Assembly: GCA_964574985.1 (NCBI GenBank)
Contig: CAZNPH010000008.1
Span: forward strand, 13-64,012
DNA: 64,000 nt
Origin: an uncultured Bacteroidaceae bacterium
GTDB lineage: Bacteria > Bacteroidota > Bacteroidia > Bacteroidales > SM23-62
Direction of reading: 5' to 3'
Part shown: positions 10,186-20,711 of the stretch, in pieces
Layout: every line of letters begins with the position of its first letter
Numbering within the stretch: the stretch's first letter is position 1
Program-made: the position numbers and the translations under genes
Notes under the pieces: generated by a model
What the model was told of the DNA's origin: nothing
Database searches by the model: none
Seen by the model: only the letters and a program-made list of their open reading frames with translations

Positions 10186-11942
10186 CAGGATTTTTTTCTT
10201 TCATTAAGGACTGATTCAAGCTCTTTCTCGTATTTCTTGAAGTCGGCGGACTGAAATTCCGAGTAGTTCATTTGTTTCAGGGTATTGATGATCTGCTTAA
10301 AATATTTGGAAACTTCCTCAAAAAATTCAAATTCAAAAACCAGGTCACAGATATGCAGGACTTTTTCAAGCATGTATTTCTGCCGTTCGAATGACGTAAT
10401 CTGATCCACCTTGTCAAAGGCATCCTGCTGCAGGATGATAAAATCAATAACTTCCGATTTCCAGAACTGATCGTGATATTCGATGGGGACGCCATCGTCT
10501 CCCAGAATATTGATCTGTTCCTGCACTTCCCTGCCACGGATCAGAATGTCCTTGGTTCTGTCCACATTGTCTGTCCAATGCTCACCGATTTCCCTGGACA
10601 TGTATTCACGCACCTCCTCATATTCCAGGTACTTGGAATAACTGTCTGTGGGATCGATGGCAGGATAACGTTTGCTGTCGGCCCTTTGCTGGGACAATGC
10701 ATAGAAACAACGGGCGGCTTTTTTGGTGGCTTCGGTCACCGGCTCCTTCAGATTGCCCCCGGCCGGTGATACCGTACCGATAAAAGTGATCGATCCGTTT
10801 TTCCCGTTGTACAGTTCCACATACCCTGCACGTGAATAGAAATTGGCAATGATGGCCGACAGGTCCATCGGGTAGGCATCCGGCCCGGGAAGCTCTTCCA
10901 TCCGGTTGGACATTTCCCTGAGGGCCTGTGCCCACCGGGAAGTGGAATCGGCCAGTAAAAGGATCTTCAGTCCCATGGCGCGGTAATATTCTGCAATGGT
11001 CATGGCGGTATAGACAGATGCTTCCCTGGCAGCCACCGGCATATTGGAGGTATTTGCAATGATGGTGGTCCGTTCGATCAGTTTTCTGTTTGTCCTGGTA
11101 TCTTCCAGTTCAGGGAATTCCTTGAATATTTCCACGACCTCATTGGCCCTCTCCCCGCATGCCGCAATGACCACCATATCGGCATCGGCCTGCTGGCTGA
11201 GGGCATGCTGCAAAACCGTTTTCCCGCTTCCGAAAGGACCGGGAATAAAGCCCGTTCCGCCTTCCGTGATGGGATTGAGTGTATCGATGGTGCGAACCCC
11301 TGTTTCCAGAACCTTGAAAGGCCTGTGTTTGTTCCTGTAAGCTTTGATTGGTATTTTTACCGGCCAGTTCTGCATCATGGGGATCTCATGATCTTTACCA
11401 TCCTGGCCCTTGATCACCGCGATGGTTTCTTCAACGGTATATTCTCCTTTGCCGGCAACCGACTGCACCGTATACTTACCCTGCATTTTGAAAGGGACCA
11501 TGATCTTATGGGGCATCCAGTTTTCCTTCACTTCACCGAGCCAGTCACCCGCCTGAACTGTATCACCTTTCCCGGCGACCGGTTTGAACGCCCATTTTTT
11601 TTCACGGCTCAGGGCCGGGGTGTATTCACCCTTTTTGAGAAAAACCCCGGTCATTTTGTCCAGGTCATTCTGCAATCCGTCGAAATTCTTGGAGAGTATC
11701 CCCGGTCCGAGTTCCACATCCAGCATATTTCCCACGAATTCAACTTCGGAACCGACTTTCAGGCCACGGGTACTGTCGTATACCTGTATATATGCCTGAT
11801 CGCCGCTCACCTTTATGATTTCGGACATGAGACCCACGCCGTCGTGACTGACCATGCAGATCTCGTTCTGCCGGACATAACCGTCCAGCTTGACGGATAC
11901 CAGGTTGGCGACGATCCCTTGTACTTTTCCTTTGGAGCGCAT
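10185..11942 (-). CDS. atpA: V-type ATP synthase subunit A (catalytic)
   Basis: 585-aa ORF. Walker A GPFGSGKTV, plus the non-homologous insert typical of A subunits. Conserved ADSTSRWAQALREMS segment. Confidence 0.95.
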   Translation of the reverse strand: MRSKGKVQGIVANLVSVKLDGYVRQNEICMVSHDGVGLMSEIIKVSGDQAYIQVYDSTRGLKVGSEVEFVGNMLDVELGPGILSKNFDGLQNDLDKMTGVFLKKGEYTPALSREKKWAFKPVAGKGDTVQAGDWLGEVKENWMPHKIMVPFKMQGKYTVQSVAGKGEYTVEETIAVIKGQDGKDHEIPMMQNWPVKIPIKAYRNKHRPFKVLETGVRTIDTLNPITEGGTGFIPGPFGSGKTVLQHALSQQADADMVVIAACGERANEVVEIFKEFPELEDTRTNRKLIERTTIIANTSNMPVAAREASVYTAMTIAEYYRAMGLKILLLADSTSRWAQALREMSNRMEELPGPDAYPMDLSAIIANFYSRAGYVELYNGKNGSITFIGTVSPAGGNLKEPVTEATKKAARCFYALSQQRADSKRYPAIDPTDSYSKYLEYEEVREYMSREIGEHWTDNVDRTKDILIRGREVQEQINILGDDGVPIEYHDQFWKSEVIDFIILQQDAFDKVDQITSFERQKYMLEKVLHICDLVFEFEFFEEVSKYFKQIINTLKQMNYSEFQSADFKKYEKELESVLNERKKS

Positions 11943-11949
11943 AATTTTT

Positions 11950-12807
11950 TTATCTGTTAATCATACTGAATTCTTCCGGCAGTTCATAAGAAGACTGGAG
12001 GTCACGGATCAGCTTTTCGAACATTTCCCTGCCCGTTTCCTTGTCCAGTTCTTTCCACCGGAACACAATAAACAACTTAATCAGGTACCCGATAATTGTT
12101 TCAACGGTAAAATAATAAAAGAAGGTATGCTCATCAATGTATTGCCATTTGAGCAGGTCCTGTTTTCGCTCCCGTTTATAAAAGTCTTCTTCTTCAGCCA
12201 GCCGGTTCATCTCATTCAGATAATCGTCGTCGGTCATGATCTCAATATTTCTCCCCCTGGACTTCAACAATTGCATGGTAAGATCATTTCTGCCGACGAT
12301 CTCCTGATCCATCTTCTTGTCAAATTTCCTGCACAGGTGAGCCGTCAGGATATTTTTTGCATTCAATTCAAATTCAAACCATTGCCTCAGAAATGGATTA
12401 CCGGTTATCAACACATGTTCATAAAATCCCTCCATCAGGATATTGTTGAACTCCTCCTCCGGAATGTCTTTTTCCTCATCAAGAAAATCCTCGATGAAAC
12501 TGATCAAATAACCGGGGAGCAATGGTTCCTGCTTTAAAATGGCATTCAAACGACTGATCTGTTCCTCAAAATCTTCAAGGGAAAAGTTTCCCAGTGGATC
12601 GGGATCAAACTCTTTTTTCTGAAGGAAATTGATCAGGTTGTGGTGATCCCTGGGCAGAAACAACAATTCAATCAGGGCAAAATCATCCGTAGTGAGTTCC
12701 TGTTCCATATATTCCCTGAAAGCCAGCAAGGTTGAAGAAAACTTGCTGTCTTCAAACATCAGATCGGGCAATCCTGAAATAAAACAATGATAATATTTTT
12801 TAAACAT
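11950..12807 (-). CDS. DUF2764-like protein occupying the C-subunit position of Bacteroidota V-ATPase operons
   Basis: 285-aa ORF between the E and A subunit genes, all-helical in character. The assignment rests on operon position and my recollection of the DUF2764 family. Not verified by search. Confidence 0.55.
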   Translation of the reverse strand: MFKKYYHCFISGLPDLMFEDSKFSSTLLAFREYMEQELTTDDFALIELLFLPRDHHNLINFLQKKEFDPDPLGNFSLEDFEEQISRLNAILKQEPLLPGYLISFIEDFLDEEKDIPEEEFNNILMEGFYEHVLITGNPFLRQWFEFELNAKNILTAHLCRKFDKKMDQEIVGRNDLTMQLLKSRGRNIEIMTDDDYLNEMNRLAEEEDFYKRERKQDLLKWQYIDEHTFFYYFTVETIIGYLIKLFIVFRWKELDKETGREMFEKLIRDLQSSYELPEEFSMINR

Positions 12808-12832
12808 CCCTTCCCTGTCCTCAGATTATAGC

Positions 12833-13453
12833 CTATTCTTTATCTTCACCAAAAAGCAGATCGTTCATTCTCGGACGAAGGAACTCCTTGATGAATGCTT
12901 CAAAATCGGATTCAGTAAAACTGATGGTATAGCTCCCGTCTTTGGGCCCCATTTCAAAACCTTTTTCCATCTCATCGCTGTATTTCAGGGTCAATCCCTT
13001 ATCCAGCAATTCTTTGGCCTTTGATTTGAAATATTGTTCAATTTCCTTTTGCTTTTTTGCCGGCAACATTACGGAAAGATCAACATTCCCTGCCTGGGGG
13101 TTCCAGTTCCCGGCCATCTTCATGATCACCTCATTCATGAATTCCTGATCTTCGAATGATTTTTCAGCTGTTTTCCTGATCGATTTGGTCTGGATCAGGC
13201 CGGAGATCTTTTGCTTCAGCGAATCAAGGACTTGTCTGGAGGACAACCGCAATTCCGAAGTCATGTTGTCCTTGTGCTCACTGGCCTTTTTCTCTGCATC
13301 CGAGACGATTTTTTCCGCTTCGGATTTGGCATTGTCAACAATTTCTTTGGCTTCCTTTTCAGCCTCTTCCCTTATCTTTTCAGCTTCCTTTTTCCCTTTG
13401 GATACACCTTCCTCGTATATCTTGCTGGTGAGCTCCTGGAGTTTGTTTTCCAT
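12833..13453 (-). CDS. atpE: V-type ATP synthase subunit E
   Basis: K/E-rich long N-terminal helix (KIREEAEKEAKEIVDNAKSEAEKIV) and first gene of the operon. The track start at 13474 is a TTG. The ATG at 13453 (MENKLQEL) is preferred because a -7 box lies at 13472-13479. Confidence 0.8.
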   Translation of the reverse strand: MENKLQELTSKIYEEGVSKGKKEAEKIREEAEKEAKEIVDNAKSEAEKIVSDAEKKASEHKDNMTSELRLSSRQVLDSLKQKISGLIQTKSIRKTAEKSFEDQEFMNEVIMKMAGNWNPQAGNVDLSVMLPAKKQKEIEQYFKSKAKELLDKGLTLKYSDEMEKGFEMGPKDGSYTISFTESDFEAFIKEFLRPRMNDLLFGEDKE

Positions 13454-13471
13454 GATACAGAATTTTGGATG

Positions 13472-13479
13472 CAAAATTA
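13472..13479 (-). promoter_or_regulatory. Candidate -7 promoter box (TAATTTTG) for the V-ATPase operon
   Basis: The minus strand reads TAATTTTG, 18 nt upstream of the ATG at 13453. Confidence 0.45.
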
Positions 13480-13572
13480 TTTTTTTTGCAACTCCGGTAA
13501 TACAGGATTTACCCTAATTCCAAATACGGGTTTTCCCTATATTATTTTTTCCTGTGTTTCAGGCGATTTATT

Positions 13573-13580
13573 TATTTTTG
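13573..13580 (+). promoter_or_regulatory. Candidate -7 promoter box (TATTTTTG) for the patatin-like gene
   Basis: The plus strand reads TATTTTTG, 22 nt upstream of the ATG at 13603. Confidence 0.4.
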
Positions 13581-13602
13581 TTCCCGGATTCAAATCAATG
13601 CA

Positions 13603-14349
13603 ATGAAAAAGAAATATAAAACCGGACTGGTGCTGAGCGGGGGAGCAGCCAGGGGTTTTGCCCACGCGGGTGTCATGAAGGCCCTGCGTGAAAAAAACAT
13701 TTCCCCCGATGTGATTTCAGGTGTCAGTGCCGGTTCCATTGCAGGCGCGTTTTTCGCCGACGGGTATGAACCAGATGAAATCCTGGACATCTTTCAGAAG
13801 AAAAAAGTCTTTGAATTTGTACGGTTGTCTTTTACCGGCAGCGGACTGCTGGATATCAGCGGACTTAAAAAAGTGCTGGAAGACCATCTGCACGCCAGGA
13901 AAATCGAAGATCTGAAAACATCTTTTTATGTATGCGTTACCAATTTCCGGACAGGAAAACCCGAATATCTCAACAAAGGCGACCTGGTCAGTACCGTTGT
14001 GGCTTCCTCCAGCATTCCCGTGCTGTTTAAACCGGCAAAAATAAACCACCGGATTTATTTTGACGGAGGGGTGACCGATAATTTGCCTGTAGAACCCATC
14101 AGGGACAGATGCAAAAAAATCATTGGCGTGCATGTCAATCCGGTAGGAGAGGAAGAATTCGAATCAGGTCTGGTCAAAATTGCAGCCAGATCCTTTCATG
14201 TAAGTGTGGCATCCGGCATTGAACAAAAGAAGGAATTCTTCAAATACTTCATCGAGCCCCAGGAATTGCGCAAATACCTGATGATGGATGTATCCAAAGG
14301 CAAAGAGATGTTCAACGCAGGTTACCGGGAAGCAATCAAAATCCTGTAG
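13603..14349 (+). CDS. Patatin-like phospholipase
   Basis: 248-aa ORF. Oxyanion motif LSGGAARG, nucleophile elbow GVSAGS (GxSxG) and catalytic Asp context YFDGGVTDNLP. Confidence 0.9.
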   Translation: MKKKYKTGLVLSGGAARGFAHAGVMKALREKNISPDVISGVSAGSIAGAFFADGYEPDEILDIFQKKKVFEFVRLSFTGSGLLDISGLKKVLEDHLHARKIEDLKTSFYVCVTNFRTGKPEYLNKGDLVSTVVASSSIPVLFKPAKINHRIYFDGGVTDNLPVEPIRDRCKKIIGVHVNPVGEEEFESGLVKIAARSFHVSVASGIEQKKEFFKYFIEPQELRKYLMMDVSKGKEMFNAGYREAIKIL

Positions 14350-14353
14350 AAAC

Positions 14354-16420
14354 TCATTTCTTTTCCTCCCTGGCCTTTCTGAGCAGTTCTTCCTGCTCGG
14401 CAGCAGGAAGGGGGGTGTATTTGCTGAATTCCATTGAATAGCTGGCACGGCCGCTTGAAAGGTTCCTGAGCTGGGTGGCATATCCGAACATTTCCTTCAG
14501 AGGCACAAAACCGCTCAGTTTTTGCGCTCCTTTCCTGTATCTTCTCATGGAGGTGATCTTTCCCCTTTTTTTGTTCAGGTTTGCGAGCACGTCACCGATA
14601 TATTCGTCGGGGGTATTGACCTCGATTTTCATCATGGGCTCCATCAATATTGGAGAAGCATCCATAAAGCCCTTCCGGAAGCACACGGATGAGCACGTCT
14701 GAAAAGCCATATCCGATGAATCAACCGGATGATGGCTTCCGTCCAGCAGAACCACCCGGACATCCACAATGGGAAATCCCGCGAGAACCCCTTCTTCCAT
14801 CACCCTCATAATCCCCTTTTTCACCGAAGGAATGAATTCGGCGGGAATGACACCTCCCTTGATGTGATCAACAAACTCGAAACCTTTGCCTTTGTTGGGC
14901 TCCATCCGCATGTCCACATGGGCATACTGGCCTTTCCCACCGGTTTGTTTCACATGTTTGTGGCTGATTTCTGTCTCCGCATCCAGTGTTTCCCGGAAAG
15001 CAACCGCCGGTTCACCCATTTCTGCATTCACCTTGAATTCATGCTTCAGCCGGTCAGCAATGATCTCCAGATGCAACTCACCCATTCCGGAGATCACGGT
15101 CTCTTCGGTTTCTTCATTGAACCGGACATTGAATGAAGGATCCTCATTGGCCAGCCGGGCGAGTGCTTCCCCCAACTTGCCACGGTCCTTGCGGTTAGCC
15201 GGATTGATCTTCATCTGGATCACCGAGGGAGGCACATGAATCGATTCCAGGAACAGCGGATGCTCCGGATCACACAGGGTGTCGCCGGTCTTGGTATATT
15301 TCATCCCCACCAGTGATATGATGTCGCCTGCAACCGCTTCGGTGATCTCTTCCCGGTCCTTTGCCCGGATTCTGAATATCCGCCCGATCCTTTCCTTTTG
15401 ATCCTTGGTTGAATTATAGACCTGCATACCCGACCGGAGCTCACCGGAAAATATCCTGATGAATGTCTGCTGGCCCACATAGGGATCATTGATGATCTTA
15501 AAGGCAAGTGCTGAAAAAAGTTCACCCCGGGAAGGTTTTCTCGTATGGGATTTTTCCGGTTCGTTAACATCCATTCCCACGATGGCACCCACATCAACGG
15601 GGGAGGGAAGATATCCCACAATGGCATCCAGCAACAGCTGAATTCCCTTATTTTTATAGGCGGCCCCGCATAAAACCGGTGTGATCATCAACCGCAGGGT
15701 ATTGTCCCGGATGGCTTTCTTCAACAGGTCATGTGGTATTTCCTTTTCATCCAGAAACAGTTCCATGATCTCGTCATTGAAATCAGCGATCTTTTCAATC
15801 AGCAGTTCCCTGCCTTGTCGAGCTTGTTCCATGTATTCAGCGGGCACATCCTCTTCCACCCGCTCAAAATCACGGAAAAAATATGCTTTCTGTTCAACCA
15901 GGTCAATGATACCTTCAAAACCATCTTCTTTTCCTATGGGCAAATGCAAGACAACGGCATTGGCATCCAGATATTTGTTCATCTGTTCGACCACCTGCCC
16001 GAAATCAGCCCCGGTCCGGTCCATCTTGTTGACAAAAGCGATCCTGGGAACCCTGTACTGGTCGGCCTGGTTCCATACGGTTTCACTTTGTGGTTCCACT
16101 CCTCCCACGCCGCAGAAAACAGCGATCATCCCGTCGATCACACGCAATGAACGTTCCACTTCAAGCGTGAAATCCACATGACCAGGGGTATCGATGATGT
16201 TGATGGTGGTGCCGCTCCACCGGCAGGAAATGGCCGCAGAGGCAACGGTGATCCCCCTTTCCTGCTCCTGTTTCATGAAATCCATGGTGGCCTGCCCGTC
16301 ATGTACTTCTCCCATTTTCCGGGTAGACCCGGTGAAATAAAGCAAACGTTCGGTAACCGTGGTTTTTCCCGCATCGATATGGGCTGCTATCCCGATGTTT
16401 CTGAGGTCCGTTAATTTCAT
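14354..16420 (-). CDS. Elongation factor G paralog (not in an rpsL-rpsG-fusA-tuf context)
   Basis: 688-aa ORF. GTPase motifs AHIDAGKTT (G1), DTPGHVDF (G3) and NKMD (G4). EF-G domain IV/V sequences such as GELHLEI. Confidence 0.9.
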   Translation of the reverse strand: MKLTDLRNIGIAAHIDAGKTTVTERLLYFTGSTRKMGEVHDGQATMDFMKQEQERGITVASAAISCRWSGTTINIIDTPGHVDFTLEVERSLRVIDGMIAVFCGVGGVEPQSETVWNQADQYRVPRIAFVNKMDRTGADFGQVVEQMNKYLDANAVVLHLPIGKEDGFEGIIDLVEQKAYFFRDFERVEEDVPAEYMEQARQGRELLIEKIADFNDEIMELFLDEKEIPHDLLKKAIRDNTLRLMITPVLCGAAYKNKGIQLLLDAIVGYLPSPVDVGAIVGMDVNEPEKSHTRKPSRGELFSALAFKIINDPYVGQQTFIRIFSGELRSGMQVYNSTKDQKERIGRIFRIRAKDREEITEAVAGDIISLVGMKYTKTGDTLCDPEHPLFLESIHVPPSVIQMKINPANRKDRGKLGEALARLANEDPSFNVRFNEETEETVISGMGELHLEIIADRLKHEFKVNAEMGEPAVAFRETLDAETEISHKHVKQTGGKGQYAHVDMRMEPNKGKGFEFVDHIKGGVIPAEFIPSVKKGIMRVMEEGVLAGFPIVDVRVVLLDGSHHPVDSSDMAFQTCSSVCFRKGFMDASPILMEPMMKIEVNTPDEYIGDVLANLNKKRGKITSMRRYRKGAQKLSGFVPLKEMFGYATQLRNLSSGRASYSMEFSKYTPLPAAEQEELLRKAREEKK

Positions 16421-16449
16421 GATCCCGCTGCTTTTTCGTAAATGAGCCG

Positions 16450-16457
16450 CAAAAGTA
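16450..16457 (-). promoter_or_regulatory. Candidate -7 promoter box (TACTTTTG) for the EF-G paralog
   Basis: The minus strand reads TACTTTTG, 29 nt upstream of the ATG at 16420. Confidence 0.4.
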
Positions 16458-16559
16458 TAAAATTAACTTGAAATTGAGGAATTATAAAGAACAAACCAAA
16501 TCAGTTAATCCGCAATGCGAATATCAGCTGATTAAGAAATGTATCCCGGCTGCTATCAT

Positions 16560-17436
16560 GATTTTTTCATTTTTGATACAACACCGGATTCGAGACCATT
16601 TCTGACCTTAAACAATCCGTGAACAAAATCTTCCTCCGGGGCTACCATGGGTTCTTTCCTGTGAAATGATACATAGGGAATACGCGACTTTAGCTGTTGG
16701 AACCAATTTTTATGCATGATGTTCGGACGGCTTACGCATAGTGAAAGCATTCATGATATAGCTAATTGTTTGAAAGCGCATCAAAAAAAGATTTATCATC
16801 TTGGTATCAAACAAGCAGTCTCTCATTCAACCATTTGGATAACACCGTATACGCTTTGGACTCAACTACCATTGACTTATGCCTGAGTGTTTTTCCATGG
16901 GCCAAGTTTAGAAAGAAAAAGGCAGCAGTGAAAATGCATACAATGCTTGATCTGCGTGGTAACATTCCGGTATTTATCGACATTACAGATGGCAAAGTTC
17001 ATGATGTGAATACACTCGACTTGACAGATTTCGAGCCCTATGCTATCTGTGTGATGGATTGTGTGATGGATAAAGCCTACGTGTTTCTTCCACCAAAGTA
17101 GATAAAACAAAAGGATTGAAATGTGACCAGACAATCAAACTTACAGTTGTAATCGAATTGTTTTTTAAGTGGATAAAACAGCACTTAAGAATAAAAGCTT
17201 TTTGGGGATATTCGCCCAATGCTGTCAAAACACAAATTTGGATTGCCATCTGTACTTATTTGACAATTGCATTGGCAAAAAAGCAACTACAAAGTGATCT
17301 CTCATTATACGAAATCTCACAAATCCCTGACGTATCTGTGTTTGATAAAACGCCTTTAAATGAGCTACTTACAAACTTTTCAAAGAACGAAAAAATCAAA
17401 GAATTTTATAATCAATTGAATTTGTTCGATTTATAA
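16560..17436 (+). pseudogene. Decayed IS4-family (DDE) transposase, broken into several frames with an internal deletion
   Basis: Plus-strand fragments in three frames read FTCWNQFLCMMFGRLTHSES, then YALDSTTIDLCLSVFPWAKFRKKKAAVKMHTMLDLRGNIPVFIDITDGKVHDVN, then IELFFKWIKQHLRIKAFWGYSPNAVKTQIWIA. These match conserved blocks of Bacteroidota IS4 transposases as I remember them. The roughly 150-aa stretch normally found between the last two blocks is missing. Confidence 0.75.
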
Positions 17437-17505
17437 CGCGACACTAATGACTTGGGTTAATAAAAATAATCCGTAATTTGGAATTCATGATTTAATCAGG
17501 CCAGA

Positions 17506-20500
17506 ATGATTGTTATGAAAAACAGGAAATTGCATCATGTAAATATTACCGGGTTCTGTTTATGGTTAATAATTGTTACAAAAGCAGCAACCGGCGCGAA
17601 AGAAATTTCTTTGTTAAAACCGGTTCATCTGACGGTAAATAACCTGGAATCACCAATGATTGCAGCCGGGGATACGCCAAAATTCGGTTGGTCGTATGCT
17701 TTGCCGGGAAAAAAATTTTACGGTTTAAGACAGACTGCCTGCCAGATACTGGTTGCCGGCTCTATGGAAAAGCTGGAACAGGATGAAGGTAATTATTGGA
17801 ACTCAGGGAAAATGGAAGGTGAGCGGCAACTCAATATTGATTACGAAGGAATTTCTTTGCCACCACACCGCAAGTTTTACTGGAAAGCAAGGGTTTGGGA
17901 TGAACAGGACAAAGCATCTGACTGGAGCCGGATTGCTTGGTTTACCACTGGATTTGAAAACGGATATGGCTGGGAACATGCCCAATGGATTACCGACGAG
18001 CAAAATCTTTCCACACCCGGGAAAATGCGTTGCGGGTGTCAGTCACCCTCCTTCGAAGATCCTTCGGTACGCGTTGAATTGACCATTGATCTGGGAAATA
18101 CGGAACGGATTAATGGTATAAAACTGTGGCCGGCAGCGCCACCGGTGAATAATGCACAACCGGGCTATGGTTTCCCGGTGCGTTTTTTTATTGAAAGTTC
18201 CGAATCTCCTGACTTTGCGGAAAGTATAATTCTTGAGGATTATGGTGAGAAAGACCTGTTAAATCCCGTTGACCAGCCGGTAAGTTTTTCATTTATTCCA
18301 GCCAGTGTTCGCTATGTCAGACTGGTTGTAACAAAATTATCCCGGATTCCCAAAGGAAACGAATTGAAATGGGACAGGAAAAACAAAGAGTTTTATTTTG
18401 ATGTAAATGAACCGGCGGAAACTGTGCTCAATCCTGGTTTCTCTGTTTACGATGCCTTTGTTCCCTACCGGGGTTATGATGTTTCTCATATGCTTCGTTC
18501 GGGCAGCAATGTGATTACTGTTTTGGTTGGAGATGGCTGGTACAGGAAACCTGCCTGGAACGACCGGTTGCTGCTGAAGCGCAGGGTCAGGGGATTTCCC
18601 AGCCAACCTGCACGGTGGCTGATAGCACAACTGGAAATTACGGGAGAAAATGATAACAAAATGGTTGTCGGTACCGGAAAGGACTGGCAGACCTCACAGA
18701 AACATCCCTGGCGTGAAGCCGATCTGAATTTCGGTGCCACCTTTGACGATACATTCCGTAACCCGCCGGCAGAATGGTTTCATCCGGCAAATACCGGTCA
18801 GCAACTAACATTCCCTGAATTGATACCCGATGAGCGCCCACCGGTAGTTATCCGGGACCGGATTGCCCCGGTTAACATATGGGATGCAGGGAGCAACCGT
18901 ATAATGGTTGATTTTGGCCGCCGCATAACAGGAGCGGTATGTTTGACCGGAAAGGTACCTTCTGAAACAAAACTGAAATTAAGGTACGCCGAAGCACTCA
19001 CTCCGGAAGGTGAGCCTTACCTCAGAAATCAGGCAGGCAGGGCAGAAAATGGCGATGAATATGTTCTTCTTCACGGAGTGAACTATAACCTGCGGCCTCT
19101 GTTTACTTACCACGGATTCCGTTATATGGAAGTTACCTGGGAGGGTGATCCGTCACTGTTTGACCTTCCTTTTTCGCTTGAGTTGGAAGCGTTGGCATAC
19201 AGCAACAAATTGAGAAAAACTGCCGAACTTCATACTTCGGATAAACGGGTCAACCAGCTTACCGGCATGATTGATGAAACATTCCGCAATAATCTCATCA
19301 GTCTGATTACCGATGTTGCCGGACGAGACGAAAGGGCTTTCTGGCTGGGAGATTGCTTTACAACACCGATACAAAGTTTATGTTACCTGTACGATTTTGC
19401 CGCGTTGGGTCGCGCATTTTTTAAAATGATGGTGAAATCGATGCATGAAGACGGAGTCGGAACGGTGCCCGCCCCGGGAGTCATAAATGCTTTCGTTCGC
19501 GAAGGAGATCATGCCACACCAGCGTGGTCGGATGCTTCGGTTATCGTACCCAATACTCTTTTCATGCATTACAACGATGAATTTTCCAAGACAGTGGGAT
19601 GGAAATATGCCGATGTATACACGAGCAAAGTGCTTGAAGCAAATGAATCTCCGATTCCTTCCAAAATTTATTCAACCACCTGGATTGGTGACTGGCTAAG
19701 CAACCGGATGACCATTCCGCCGGGGGCAACTTCATGGCAACCCGGAGGAGATGGCGCTTTGCAGGGTATTTATGATCCATACTGGTGGAACAGGGTTCTC
19801 GAAGAATCAGCCAGGCTTGCAAAAGCAAATGATGCCGTTGAAGAAGCAAAACATTTGAACGATGAAGCATTGAAACTCAGAGATGCTGCTATTTCCGAAT
19901 TTCCGGATGATAATGGGGAAGTTCCCGGAAATGAACAATCGAGTTATGCACTGCTGCTCAGTTTGACTCAACCCGGCACAGAAGAAGAACACTTTATTCT
20001 CCGGCAACTGTTGAAAGCCATTAAAGATTATGATTATCATTTGGCCACAGGAACAACAACTCACCTGGCGCTACTGAATTCACTCAGCCAGAGAGGTTAT
20101 CAGGATCTTGCATTAAAAATGATAATGCAACCCGCCCCCCGTCATTTGGTTACATGGTTGATTTCGGTTCCTCCACGGTTTGGGAAAGGCTTGATTCACG
20201 CCATCCGCGGCTCGGGATTAATCCGGAAAACATGAATGGATTGAACCACATCGGGCAGAATTCAATTTATGAATGGCTTTTTGAACAGATTGGGGGAATT
20301 CAAATTGCCCCGGGAAATCCAGGTTGGCAAAAGTTCAGAATTGCTCCCCTGCTTTTTGAGGCGATAAACCATGCGGAAGCCACCCTGGATTCACCGTGCG
20401 GTAAAATTATATGCCGCACGGAAAAAAAGAAAGACGGAAGTACTCAACTTAATGTAACCGTTCCGCCAAACAAAACAGCCGAGGTGGTGTTAACAGGATG

Positions 20501-20675
20501 GTCGGTGGAAAGCATAACTGAAAACGGCCAACCGGTAACTGCTCTGCATGAAACTGAAACTTTCGGCAATTCGGCCGGAAAGGCAATCAGGATAACGATT
20601 CCGGCAGGGGTTTATGTTTTTCACGGAAAAATTAATAAAAAAGATAATCTGTCAAAGGAACTGGAATCATATTAA
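17506..20675 (+). pseudogene. GH78 alpha-L-rhamnosidase, split by a frameshift in a poly-C tract
   Basis: ORFs 17506-20235 and 20154-20675 together give a full GH78 layout. That layout is an N-terminal domain (FGWSY...ACQILVA...YWNSGK...YWKARVWD...AQWI), a catalytic (alpha/alpha)6 region and a C-terminal beta-sandwich. The frames join at ccc gcc ccc c (20131-20140). One extra C would read QPAPPSFGYMVDFGSSTVWERLD. Confidence 0.8.
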
Positions 20676-20711
20676 TCAACAATTCAGGTTATTAATTTAC
20701 ATTACTTTACA

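Noticed and set aside
16556-16750. 64-aa minus-strand ORF in the EF-G / IS region.
   Set aside because: The plus strand of the same segment carries recognisable, though frame-broken, IS4 transposase N-terminal sequence (FTCWNQ...GRLTH). The minus ORF is most likely fortuitous.
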